Source of the DNA: Nitrospirota bacterium
Lineage (GTDB): Bacteria > Nitrospirota > JACRHJ01
DNA length: 64,000 bases
Direction of reading: 5' to 3'
Assembly: GCA_963733375.1 (NCBI GenBank)
Contig: CAVTDB010000026.1
Coordinates: 288,001 to 352,000, forward strand
Shown here: positions 33,734 to 44,491 of the stretch, one piece after another
Layout: the number at the start of each line of letters is the position of its first letter
Numbering within the stretch: position 1 is the first letter of the stretch
The notes under the pieces: model-generated
What the model was told of the DNA's origin: nothing
Databases searched by the model: none
What the model saw: the letters and a program-made list of their open reading frames with translations, nothing else
Translations under genes and position numbers: made by a program

Positions 33734-33832
33734 TTTTTGACACTGACATTACGCGGTGATACGATATAAAAAGGATTATCACCCTCTCCCCGTAGTGGGA
33801 GAGTGCAGGGAGAGGTGGGAATGGAGGTTACG

Positions 33833-34454
33833 ATGATGCTTGACCAGATGAAATGGCTGGGCCACGACACTTTCAAGATAGAGTCGGGCGGCAAGGTTAT
33901 ATATACGGACCCGTTCCAGCTCAAGGAGGGACTGCCGAAGGCGGACCTTATCCTCATCACGCATGAGCATTACGACCACTGCTCGCCGGACGACGTAAAG
34001 AAGATAACAAAGGACGGCACGGTAATCGTCGCGCCGGGGGACTGCGAAGGGAAACTTACGGGAAACGTCCGGACGGTCAAACCGGGCGACAGGTTGACGG
34101 AGATGGGCGTGGATATAGAGGCCGTCGCGGCGTACAACACCAACAAACAGTTCCATCCCAAGTTCCAGAGCTGGGTCGGGTATATATTCACACGTGGAAG
34201 GCAAAAGGATATATCTGGCGGGCGATACCGACCGCATCCCGGAGATGAAAGGCTTCCGGTGCGACATCGCGCTCCTGCCGGTATCCGGGACATATGTAAT
34301 GACGGCGGAGGAGGCCGCGAAGGCCGCGGAGGACATAAACCCGGAGGTCGCGGTGCCGATGCATTATGCGTCGATTGTAGGCACCGAGGACGATGCGGAG
34401 AAGTTCAAAAAACTGTACAAGGGGAAGACGCACGTCTTCAAGAGGGCCGCATGA
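33833..34454 (+). CDS. MBL-fold metal-dependent hydrolase (one indel)
   Basis: WLGH, THEHYDH, AGDT, PMHY. Confidence 0.88.
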
Positions 34455-35007
34455 ACCTGTATTACGCCTCGATAGACCTTCCCACCGGCCCCGCTTTCGC
34501 GGCGGCCACCGAGGATGGTCTTTGTAAACTGGACTTAAATCCGCCGTCGTTCGGAGAGTTCATGGAGGAGGTGGAGGCGGAGTTCGCATGAAGCCTGTCG
34601 AGGACGGACGGCCATTCCAGGCGCTCTGGCGTGAATTGAAATCATATTTTGCGGGTGAGCCGGTCTCATTCACCCAGAAGCTGGACCTGCGCGGGACGGA
34701 CTTTCAAAAGACTGTCTGGCGGGAACTCCTGAAAATTCCCTACGGCAACGTCCGCTCGTATAAGTGGCTCGCAGCTCAGGCCGGGAACCCGAACGCCGCG
34801 AGGGCGGTAGGAAACGCGCTGAACGGCAATAAAATCCCCGTAATCATCCCCTGTCATCGGATAATCGAGTCCTCGGGCGGTCTCGGCGGGTTCGGAGGCG
34901 GGATAGAGCTGAAGAAGAGGCTCCTTCAACTGGAAGGGGTCCTCCCGGCTTGTCATTCCGAGCGCAGCGAAAAGTCGCGGCGGCTTAGAATTTCTTTACC
35001 TGCCTGA
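34451..35007 (+). CDS. ogt: Methylated-DNA-protein-cysteine methyltransferase (one indel near 34588)
   Basis: IPYG, ARAVG, IPCHRII. Confidence 0.9.
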
Positions 35008-35440
35008 GCGCCTCATAGACCACTATCCCCACGCACGTGGAGAGGTTCAGGCTCCTGACTTCCCCGAACATAGGGATGGTCAGTGAAGACTCGGCGTGCG
35101 TTTTTAACAGTTCTTCCGGCAGGCCCCTGGTCTCCGGACCGAAAACCAGGGCGTCGCCGTCTTTATATTGCGCCTCGGTATAAGGCCTTGTCACCTTGGT
35201 GCTGAAGTAGAAGAAGCGGGAGCCGGGAAGCCCCTGGTAAACCTCGTCAAGCGAGTCGTGCACGGTGAGCTTCACGTGCGGCCAGTAGTCCAGCCCGGCG
35301 CGTTTTAGGTAGCGGTCCGAAAGAGAGAACCCGAGCGGCCCGACCAAGTGAAGATAGCAGTCCGCGGCGGCGGAGAGCCTGGCGATGTTCCCGGTGTTCC
35401 CTGCGATTTCAGGCTGATATAGTACGATGTGCAAAGGCAT
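34985..35440 (-). CDS. trmL: tRNA (cytidine(34)-2'-O)-methyltransferase
   Basis: PEIAGNTGNIAR, KRAGLDYW, FGPETRGLP, RSLNLS. Confidence 0.93.
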   Translation of the reverse strand: MPLHIVLYQPEIAGNTGNIARLSAAADCYLHLVGPLGFSLSDRYLKRAGLDYWPHVKLTVHDSLDEVYQGLPGSRFFYFSTKVTRPYTEAQYKDGDALVFGPETRGLPEELLKTHAESSLTIPMFGEVRSLNLSTCVGIVVYEALRQVKKF

Positions 35441-35458
35441 GGGGCAGTATAACATTTT

Positions 35459-36314
35459 ATGCGCGATATTAAAATACACCTGCTCCTTTTTGTCCTGACG
35501 GTCTTCTCGACGCTGATCGCCGGCTCGTATTTCATCGCTGAGTACGACCTCTTAAGCGAGTTCCCGAAGCACCTGCTGCATGGGCTTGCGGTAGGAGTCC
35601 CGTTCGCCATGCCGCTGATGCTGATACTCGGCGGGCACGAGATGGCGCACTACGTGAACTCGCGCCGGCACAAAGTCATTGCGACTCTTCCGTACTTCAT
35701 CCCGTTCCCGAACCTCTTCGGGACGCTGGGCGCGGTAATAAAGATGAAGTCGCGCATACGGGACAAGTCCGCGCTGATAGATATCGGAGCGTCCGGCCCC
35801 ATCGTCGGTTTCATCCTGTCGGTGGTCGTCTGCTCTATCGGGCTTTCCATGTCCCATATAGTACCGGCGCATCCTTCGTCTTCCGGCGAGACGGTCCTTG
35901 GCGGCTCTTTGCTGTATAACTTCCTGATGAGCATATTCATCAAGGGCGATTTCCACACGCATGCGGTGGACCTGCACCCGGTGGCTGTGGCAGGCTGGGT
36001 GGGGCTATTTGTAACGTCGATAAACCTGATGCCCGTCGGCCAGCTGGACGGCGGGCATATCTCCTACGCCTTCTTCCCCAAGAGGCACAGGCTTATTTCC
36101 AAAATCTTCGTCGTCGCCCTCATCGCACTGGGTTTTGTATTCCCCGGCTGGTTTATCTGGGGGATCCTGCTCCTTTTTCGTCCTCGGCACGAAGCACCCG
36201 CCGGTCGAGAACCCTTACGAGCCGCTGGACTGGAAAAGGAGAGCCATCGGAATTTTTTCATTCCTGATTTTCATCGCCACGTTCACGCCGGTGCCTATCG
36301 TCATAACGCCGTAA
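35459..36314 (+). CDS. Site-2 protease (M50) family (indel near the 3' end)
   Basis: HEMAH, GTLGAVI, NLMPVGQLDGGH. Confidence 0.88.
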
Positions 36315-36455
36315 ACATCATTTTCGCAGGCCGGAATGGAGATTGGAAAGTCCTGCCAACCAGCGGGTAGGCACTAAAGTCTTGACAGTGAGACCCCGGA
36401 TGTGATAAATACGGCTAGTCTAAACAACTCCGCCACTTCACTGCAGCCCCGTTTT

Positions 36456-36806
36456 ATGACCATACAAAAGTATCAATGGCACCGGAAGGTAACGCTGGGA
36501 TGGCTTCGCATAGCGCTTGCCATGATGGTTGTAAGTTCACATTATAACCTATATGGCCACATCTTTAACGCTGCATATAAACAACTTCATTTCACCGGAA
36601 AAATAATCTTTGCCGGGGACGGATGCCTTGCGGTGAGAGGCTTTTTCGTGCTCAGCGGATTTCTCGTCTCCTATATCCTCGAAAAGCGCTACCCAAGTAA
36701 TTCCGTGCATGACTTTTTTCATTTCACACTTTCCAGATATTTACGGATATACCCCTTATTTTTGATATTGCTCTTTGTTTGCCTGACCACAATAGTCACG
36801 CCTTGA
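36456..36806 (+). pseudogene. Truncated acyltransferase-3 (OafA-like) N-terminal fragment
   Basis: LRIALAMMVVSSH, AVRGFFVLSGF, RYLRIYP, then stop after about 115 aa; AT-richer than the flanks. Confidence 0.65.
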
Positions 36807-36822
36807 TTTTTCTCTCTTTCTC

Positions 36823-36879
36823 TTGACATTCCCGGACTCACCTTGTTATTATACGTAAGCTATTTTACGTAAACTATTT
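36823..36879 (+). promoter_or_regulatory. Promoter and tandem operator of the type II PKS operon
   Basis: TTGACA...TGnTATTAT, then TACGTAAGCTATTT-TACGTAAACTATTT direct repeat. Confidence 0.6.
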
Positions 36880-36890
36880 TAAGCCGTAAT

Positions 36891-37478
36891 ATGAGCCTTC
36901 TCGAAAGGGGGAGTGGCGTGGCAGGCTTTAATACCACGATGTCGAAAGAGGTGCTTCTTCTGGGACTCCTGAAGAGGAAGCCCATGTACGGCTATGAGAT
37001 AAAGCAGCTCGTGGACGAGGAACTCGTCCATGTCGCGCCCATCACCTCCGGCTCGCTGTATCATAACCTCAAAATCCTGGAAAAACGCGGCCTTGTGACC
37101 AAGAGCGTCCTCAAGGACACCGCGCACCCCGAAAAGCAGATTTACCATATCACGGACGAGGGCGTCCGCACCTTCGACAGCCTCCTTCAGGAGAACATTA
37201 CGAACTTCGAGCGTCCGCACCTGGCGCTTGACATATCCTTCTATTTCTTAAGGGAATCGGATGCGGGGCAGTTCCTTGATCAGCTCCGGGAACTCAGGGT
37301 ACGGCTTAAGGAGTATCACGCTGAAGCGGAGAGGTTTAAGGACGAACTGGCATCGAAGGGCGCGCCGGAAAATATGCTTTTCATCCCCGCGCATTACCTC
37401 GCGCACTCGGAGGCGGAGATAAAGTTTCTGGAAGGAATAATCGGCAGACTTGAGGCCGGAAGGGAAGGGGCTGCATGA
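36891..37478 (+). CDS. PadR-family transcriptional regulator
   Basis: LLGLLKRKPMYGYEIK, GSLYHNL, YHITDEG. Confidence 0.92.
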   Translation: MSLLERGSGVAGFNTTMSKEVLLLGLLKRKPMYGYEIKQLVDEELVHVAPITSGSLYHNLKILEKRGLVTKSVLKDTAHPEKQIYHITDEGVRTFDSLLQENITNFERPHLALDISFYFLRESDAGQFLDQLRELRVRLKEYHAEAERFKDELASKGAPENMLFIPAHYLAHSEAEIKFLEGIIGRLEAGREGAA

Positions 37479-38884
37479 AGTTCGAACTGGCCTGCAACTG
37501 GGACCCGGCGCTCCTTGAAGGTCTTGAAGGCGCCCCGAAGGTGGAGCTGTTCGGCGGCATTCCCGGAAGCCTTATCGCGGGGGGCAGGGCGTCGTTCGTC
37601 GCCCCGGAAGTGACGGAAGCCGACGCCGAAAAATACATCGCCGCCGCACGCGAAGCCGGGCATTCTTTCAATTTCCTCCTGAACGCCTCCTGCCTCGATA
37701 ACAGGGAGTACAGAAAGGACGAGTTCGAGAAGATACTCCGCCATGTAGAATGGGTGCAGGCGACCTCCGCGGACTGGGTGACGGTCACAATCCCCTACCT
37801 CCTGCAGATAATCAAAAAACATTATCCGTCATTGAAGCTCGTCGTTTCTTCCTGGGCGAGGGTGGAGAGCGTACGGAAGGCCCAGTACTGGGAGGAGATG
37901 GGCGCGGACGCTATCGTTTTGTCCGAGGAGATAAACCGCGATTTTAAAACCCTGGCGGCCATTCGCAGGGCGGTAAAATGCAAGCTTATCCTCATCGCCA
38001 ACCCCGGCTGCCTGTACGGATGCCCGCGCTCTTTCTACCACGCGAACGTCATGACACACGGCTCCCAGGGCAATCATTCCTCCGAAGGCTTCCTGGTTGA
38101 CCACTGCTATTTCTCCTGCACGAAGGACAAGATAAAAAACCCGACGGAGCTGATAAAGATACGCTGGATACGCCCCGAGGACGTGGAAGATTACGAGATG
38201 ATCGGCATTGACTGCCTCAAGATTATAGACCGGTACAAGACCACCGGGACGCTGCTTTCCTACCTGAAGGCATATACCGGCGGGCGGTTTGACGGGAACC
38301 TGGTGGAGCTTTTGAACCTTCCCCGCAAGAAGGCGTTCCTGCCCGCGAATGTAAAGTATCTCCTGAGGGATGAATATATAAATACGTCTAAATTAATGGA
38401 GTTCGCGGACATCACGGATTACCCGGTGACGGAAGGTCTGGTCCTGGATAACTCGAGGGTCCCGTCGAACTTCTTAAGCTTCTTCAAGACCAAGGACTGC
38501 GCGACGAGCGACTGCGAAGAGTGCGGGTACTGCGCCCTGATTGCCAAGAGGGCGCTTACGGTGGACAAGGCGCTGACGGGGGAGGCGGCGGGGAGGTACG
38601 AGGCGCTTTTGGAGTCGCTCGTTTCCGGTGAGATTTACCGGGAAGAGCCGGAGCCGGCGGCTGGCGAATGGGACGCCGAAGCGGTGACGGCGCACAAAAA
38701 ACTCCTTGATTTCGTGCCCGCGGTTTTCCGTTCGACCGCCGGGAAAAAAGTGTCCGCGGAGGTAAATGTCTTAAGCGGCGGGAAAGTAGGCCCGGACGAT
38801 ATTTACGCCGCATGGCGGAGGGCGACGCCCGCGCCGTTTAAGAAGATGGTAGAGGACAAGATCGCGGAGCTGAAGAATTGCTGA
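37475..38884 (+). CDS. U32-family Fe-S protein (UbiU/UbiV/RlhA-like) with C-terminal DUF2621/PCP_red-like domain
   Basis: FNFLLNASC, EINRDFKTL, NPGCLYGCP, WIRPED, CEECGYC; C-terminal WDAEA...VPAVFR...ATPAPF. Confidence 0.82.
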   Translation: MKFELACNWDPALLEGLEGAPKVELFGGIPGSLIAGGRASFVAPEVTEADAEKYIAAAREAGHSFNFLLNASCLDNREYRKDEFEKILRHVEWVQATSADWVTVTIPYLLQIIKKHYPSLKLVVSSWARVESVRKAQYWEEMGADAIVLSEEINRDFKTLAAIRRAVKCKLILIANPGCLYGCPRSFYHANVMTHGSQGNHSSEGFLVDHCYFSCTKDKIKNPTELIKIRWIRPEDVEDYEMIGIDCLKIIDRYKTTGTLLSYLKAYTGGRFDGNLVELLNLPRKKAFLPANVKYLLRDEYINTSKLMEFADITDYPVTEGLVLDNSRVPSNFLSFFKTKDCATSDCEECGYCALIAKRALTVDKALTGEAAGRYEALLESLVSGEIYREEPEPAAGEWDAEAVTAHKKLLDFVPAVFRSTAGKKVSAEVNVLSGGKVGPDDIYAAWRRATPAPFKKMVEDKIAELKNC

Positions 38885-39396
38885 ACCACCACTTCGTGGA
38901 GATAAAGGCGCCCTTGGAGAGGATATTCGAAGAAATCATCCTCTGGGGTGAAAGCAAGTGGTGGCCTGATGAATCGCCCATGAAGTACAGCCGCGAAGAA
39001 AAGGGAGAGATAAAGGTCGGCACAAGATTCCATCAGAAAGTGCATAGGCCGTTCGCGCCGGAATGGGACGTCGAGGTAACCTCCATCGTCCCCGGACGCG
39101 AGGTCTCGAGGAAATTCATCAACGGGATGTTCAGGGGCACGGACAAGGTATATATAATCCCCAACCGCGGGTTCAACGAGGTCCATTTCCTGATGGACTA
39201 CGAAATAGTCGGGAATTTAAACCGCATCTTGTGGGCGCGCGTTTACCGGCGGATGCATGACGATAATATAAAACTGATTCTGCGCGCGCTGAAGGCGAGC
39301 CTTGAGGGCGAGGAAGTCTCGAAGCAAGAGGATTGGCTTTCTCCTGAAGAGCAGGACAGGAGACGTTTCTTCAAATCATTAATAAGGAGACATTAG
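38878..39396 (+). CDS. SRPBCC/START-family protein
   Basis: VEIKAPLERIF...KWWP, helix-grip pattern. Confidence 0.7.
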   Translation: MLNHHFVEIKAPLERIFEEIILWGESKWWPDESPMKYSREEKGEIKVGTRFHQKVHRPFAPEWDVEVTSIVPGREVSRKFINGMFRGTDKVYIIPNRGFNEVHFLMDYEIVGNLNRILWARVYRRMHDDNIKLILRALKASLEGEEVSKQEDWLSPEEQDRRRFFKSLIRRH

Positions 39397-39639
39397 ATGG
39401 ACTGGGAGACTGGGGCGCGGACGAAATTTGAAAAAATGATATCTATGATCCCATTTTTTCAGCGGAAGATGGCGGAGAGACTGGCGGGGAAGAAGGCGGA
39501 AGAATACGCGCAGGAACGCGGCGCGGCGCAAGTCGAAGAGCACCATATAGTAGCCGCGTTGATTGCCGAGACCCCGGCGCCGTTTCAGAGCAGTATGCGG
39601 GACACGGCCAGGACCGCGGGATTCGATATGCCGTCGTAA
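39397..39639 (+). CDS. Stand-alone DUF2621/PCP_red-like small helical protein
   Basis: MDWETGA...IPFFQRKMA...AEEYAQERG...ETPAPF. Confidence 0.75.
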   Translation: MDWETGARTKFEKMISMIPFFQRKMAERLAGKKAEEYAQERGAAQVEEHHIVAALIAETPAPFQSSMRDTARTAGFDMPS

Positions 39640-39756
39640 CTCTCCTTTTTGCCACTCCTTAAGAAGGGGCAGAGGAGGATGGATTTGGTCTTAAATATCA
39701 ATAAATTTTTTCCTTAATCCCCCTCTTGGGTTAAGAGGGGGACAGAGGGGGCGTTA
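39637..39756. repeat. Inverted pair of REP-like CCCCTCTT..AAGAGGGG elements
   Basis: TAACTCTCC...CCTTAAGAAGGGG faces CCCCCTCTTGGGTTAAGAGGGGGACAGAGGGGGCGTTA. Confidence 0.55.
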
Positions 39757-39757
39757 C

Positions 39758-41625
39758 TATAAATTCCCGGATTTTATATATAGATTTATCTTCCGGGACT
39801 TCCGAAATAAAGGACATTCCGGAAAGCCTCCTGCGCAAATATATCGGCGGGCGGGGGATAAACAGCGCGCTGCTCTTTGAGAATACAAAAAAAGGCCTGG
39901 ACCCTTTAAGCCCGGAGAACCCGTTGATATTCGGCGCCGGCCTGCTGACCGGAATGCCGGGGCCGTCCTCCGCGAGACTGACCATCACCGGCAAGAGCCC
40001 GGAGAGCGGTCTTTTAGGCGACGCGAATATCGGAGGAGAGTTCGGATGCGCTTTAGCCTCCACGGGCGTCAGGCATCTGTTCATCACGGGGAAAGCAAAG
40101 CGGCCCGTTTACCTGCTTATTAAAAAAAATGGCGACGGGACATCCGCCGAAATAAAGGAAGCGTCGCATATCTGGGGCATGGACACAGTTCGAAGCGCAG
40201 GAGGTTATAAAAGAGGAGCATGGCGATAATGCGCATGTCGCCTGCATAGGCCCGGCCGGCGAGAACCTTGTCCGCTTCGCCTGCGTCATGCACGGCAGAA
40301 AGAACGCCGCGGGCCGCACCGGGATGGGCTGTCTGATGGGGGCCAAAAATTTAAAAGCGGTTGTGGCGGTAGACGCCGGGAAGGTCAAGCCGCACGACCC
40401 GGACGGTTTCGCGGCCCTTACCCATGAAATAAATTCGAAGCTCCGGACGGAATTCCTTACGCAGGACTTGGCGCGCTTCGGGACGGCGCATCTATATAAC
40501 GTAATAAATACGAACATCGAGATGGGCCGGACATATAACGGCCTCTCGACGAAAATGAAAGAGCCGGGTGACCTTGGCCCGGAGACGCTGGAAGCCCGGT
40601 ATTATTCGGGCAAACGCGGCTGCAGGCACTGCGCGGTAGCGTGCAGGCACTCGTATAAGATAACCGAAGGAAAACATGCCGGGCTGACAGGCGAAGGCCC
40701 GGAATACGGCATCATGGGACATATGGGGCCGGTGCTCGGGATAAACTCCGCCGAGGCGGTGCTCATGTTGAACGACAGGCTTAACCGCCTCGGTATAGAC
40801 GCAAGCTCCGCCGGCAACATAATAGCGTGGGCGATAGAATTATATAAAGAGGGTTTTATCGGAGACGCCGAGACCGGCGGGATGAAGCTGGACTGGAACG
40901 ACCCGGAGACGGCCGCCTTGCTTCTGGACGATATTGCATACAGAAGAGGGTTTGGAGACGTCCTGGCGGACGGCGCATCGGAGGCGTCGGCTAAGTTCGG
41001 AGATGACTCGGCCGGGCGCATGATCTGGGTGAAGGGCCTTCCGCAGTCGGACCCGGTAGACCTCCGGTTCATCAAGGCGTTCGCCCTTGGCGTCTCCACC
41101 GCGACCCGCGGCGCGGACCACCTTCGAAGCCGCTGCCCCTGGGAGGCGTTCGAATTCGATAAGGAATTTCTGGCGGGAATTTATGGCGGGCCGGTGGAGC
41201 CGGACCCGCTGAAATATGGCGGCAAGGGCCGGGTGGTCTGGTGGTGGGAAAGCTATCTCGCGCTCTTCGACGCGCTGGGGCTGTGCAAGCTCCTGGCCTT
41301 CCACACCTTGCCGGAGCCGGGCGTATTCGGCTTCGATGTATTCAGCGACTTAGTCAGGACGGGCAGCGGGATGGAGATAACGCCGGAGGAGATATTCGCG
41401 GCGGGACACGCTGTAACGGACGTGGAGCGCAGGTTCATCTGCCGCGAGGGCGTGGGACGAAAAGACGATTACCCGCCCATGAGGTATTTCGAGCCGCTTA
41501 TATGGCAGGACGGGCTGGACGACGAATCGCGGACGATGAAGCTCGACCGGGTATTGTACGACGGTATGCTGGACGAGTATTACGCCTGCCACGGCTGGGA
41601 CGTGAAAACAGGAAAACCTTATTAA
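39758..41625 (+). CDS. Aldehyde:ferredoxin oxidoreductase family (W/Mo-pterin); start uncertain, one indel
   Basis: RILYIDLS, YIGGRG, KSPESG, IGPAGENLVRFA, AAGRTGMG, GCRHCAVAC, GPEY, RGADHL. Confidence 0.88.
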
Positions 41626-41708
41626 CCACGGATTATGCGGGTCGGGCTGATTTTAAAACCTGAAAATAGTTCTAACATTTAATCGGCTGAATCTGGTTTT
41701 AGGAAAAT

Positions 41709-42708
41709 ATGAAGATAGCGGTAATAGGCGCGGGGGCAATCGGGTGCGTGGCGGGGGCGCTTCTCCATGAGAAGGGCCACGCGGTTACCCTTGTTAGCCG
41801 CGACCCGCGCCAGGTCCGGGCGATTAACCGCGAAGGCCTGTCGCTTGACGGCATTTCGGCAAGGAATAATTTTGTCATATATGCCGCAAGGTCGCTGGAG
41901 TTCATTCCCGACCTGGCGCTCCTCGCGGTAAAGACGCAGGACCTGGAGACGGCATGCAACCAGATTGCGGGCATGGGCGATTTCCCGGCGCTGACGATGC
42001 AGAACGGCCTGATGGCCGACGAGATAGCCGGAAGCATCCTTGGCAGGGAGCGGATCATTTCGTCGGTCGTCATGTTCGGGGCGACATATAAAGAGCCGGG
42101 GCATGTAACGTATAACTTTCCCGGCGGCCTCGTTATAGGCAAGGCGTTCGGCCCGGACGGCGGCGGCATCGTAGAGAAGGCGAAGAATATGATGTCCGGG
42201 TCTTTAGAGGTGCGCGTAGCCGAAAACATCCAGGCCATGCACCGCGCGAAGCTGATACTGAACTTAAATAACGCGCTTGCCTGCGTACTGGGGAAGAGCC
42301 TGCAGGATACGTTTTCGGATAAACGGTATGTGCATATTGGGGCTGTCGATGATGCGCGAAGCATGGGAGGTTTTCGAATCCAGCGGGATGGAGATGGCCG
42401 ACCTCCCGAACCTGCCTCTGGAGAAATTGAAATCTCTGCTATACGCCCCGGAGGAAGTAGGGGCGCAGATTTACGGCAATATCATGCGGGGCCTTTCCCA
42501 CCTCCCCCTTCTCGGCTCCGTCCTGCAGAGCGTCATGCGGGGCCGCGCGTCGGAGGTGGATTATTTAAACGGCGAAGTCGCGAGGGCGGCTGGGAAGATG
42601 GGGCGGGAGGCAAAGTTGAATTCAAAGGCGGCGGAGCTGGTCAAGGAAATCGAAAATATAAATCAATTTCTATCAATCGAAGAGATGCTAGCGAGGTTCG
42701 GCTTATGA
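41709..42708 (+). CDS. Ketopantoate reductase (PanE/ApbA)-like protein (one indel)
   Basis: GAGAIG, AVKTQD, MQNG, KLILN, SVLQS, EVDYLNGEV. Confidence 0.85.
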
Positions 42709-42968
42709 TGGAGTTTCCGGGTTTTCTGCTGACGGTGGACAGTCTTCAAAAAGAATGTTTCAAGGGATATAAAGTGGGTGATTCTTTTGAGGTAAAGGAC
42801 TTCGTGACGCCGCCCGACGGCTTCTGCGCCGGGGCGTATCATTCGCTCTTCCCGGTCATTTATGCCTGGACATTCGGCGCGGAATTCCCTTTCAAGGACG
42901 GGGAAGGGTGCGTCAGGACGACATGCCCGGACGGCGGGAAACTGACGTTCAAGGTGAGGAAATTATAA
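42705..42968 (+). CDS. TIGR04076-family small Cys protein (copy 1)
   Basis: ECFKGYKVGD, GFCAGAYHSLFP, TCPDG. Confidence 0.75.
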   Translation: MMEFPGFLLTVDSLQKECFKGYKVGDSFEVKDFVTPPDGFCAGAYHSLFPVIYAWTFGAEFPFKDGEGCVRTTCPDGGKLTFKVRKL

Positions 42969-43237
42969 TGGCTAATCCCAAAAAAATGGTCATATCGGTC
43001 GAGGAAGTTTCCGGGCCGTGTTTTTATAAATACGAGCAGGGACAGGAGGTGGAGGTCCTGGGACTTCGGACGCCGGAAGGTTTCTGCGGCGCGGCGTACC
43101 ATACGCTGTTCCCCGTGCTCTTCGCCCTGAACTTCGGCGCGAAGTACCCCTTCATGGAAGACCCGAATTCCATCAACACCGTGACCTGCCCGGACGGCGG
43201 GTACGTGCGGTTCAAGGTCAGGAGGGTGGAGGGTTGA
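42968..43237 (+). CDS. TIGR04076-family small Cys protein (copy 2)
   Basis: GPCFYKYEQG, GFCGAAYHTLFP, TCPDG. Confidence 0.75.
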   Translation: MANPKKMVISVEEVSGPCFYKYEQGQEVEVLGLRTPEGFCGAAYHTLFPVLFALNFGAKYPFMEDPNSINTVTCPDGGYVRFKVRRVEG

Positions 43238-44491
43238 ATCTCCGCAGGGTCGTCATAACAGGCCTGGGCGTCATCGCGCCGGGAGGCATCGGTAAAGACG
43301 CCTTCTGGGATTCCATGATAAACGCGCGGACGCAGACCGGGCTTATTACCGCATTCGATACCTCCGGGTTCCTTTCGAAGGTCGCGGCGGAAGTGAAGGG
43401 GTTCAACCCTGCCGCCTTCGGCATCTCATATGAAGAGGCCTCGGGGATGGACCGCTATCTGCAGTTCGCCCTGGCCGGGGCGAAACTGGCCGTGGAGGAC
43501 GCCGGGCTGGAATTCGGCGGCCTGGACGGAGAAAAGTGCGGAGTGGCGCTGGCTAACGCCATATGCGGGACGAAATGGATGGAGGAGGAGTTCCTGCGCG
43601 TTACCGGCAACGGACATGGGCCGATCGACCCGGCCCTCGCGTCGCCGTATCTGTACGATGCGTCCATATTCAATTCTCCCGCCAACTTCATAGCCGCGCG
43701 CTATGGCTTGAAAGGCGGGGCGTGCGTCATATCCACCGGCTGCACGGCCGGGACGGACTCGGTCGCCTATGCGTATGAAAATATCCAACTCGGTTTATGC
43801 GACATGATGATAACCGGCGCGTCCGAGGCCCCGATTACGCCGATAGCCCTTGCCGCATTCGACGTGATAAAGGCGCTCTCGAAGCATAACGACGAGCCCG
43901 GGGCGGCGTCCCGTCCTTTCGACAGGACGAGGAACGGGTTTGTCCTGGCCGAGGGCGCGGGGATACTGGTACTGGAGGAATACGGGCACGCGGTGAAGCG
44001 CGGAGCGAAGATATACGCGGAGATAGCGGGTTTCGGCTCCACGTCCAACGCATTTCACATGACGGATCTGCCGAAGGACGGCGAAGCCCTGGCCCGGTCA
44101 ATAAAAATGGCTATGGACGAGGCGCGGGTCAATGCCGACGACGTGGATTACATAAGCTCTCATGGAAGCTCCACGGAACAGAACGACGTCTTCGAGACGA
44201 ACGCGATAAAGACGGCGCTTGGGGAACATGCCTGGCGGGTGCCTGTCAGTTCCATTAAGATCCATGATAGGACATCCGCTTTCCGCGGCGAACTCCATCG
44301 AGCTTGCGCTTTCGGCGATGGTGATGGAGCGGGGCGTAATCCCGCCGACAGTGAATTACCGTGAGCCGGACCCTGCATGCGACTTCGATTATGTGCCAAA
44401 CGTGGCGCGGGATAAAAAGGTGGACGTGGTGATAAAAACGAGCAGCGGGTTCTCCGGGATCCATTCGTCAATGGTCTTGAGGCGGGCATGA
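43234..44491 (+). CDS. Aromatic type II PKS ketosynthase alpha (one indel)
   Basis: STGCTAGTDS, SRPFDRTRNGFVLAEG, HGSSTEQND, SMIGHPLS; KS-alpha-like MEEEFLRVTGNG insert. Confidence 0.9.
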
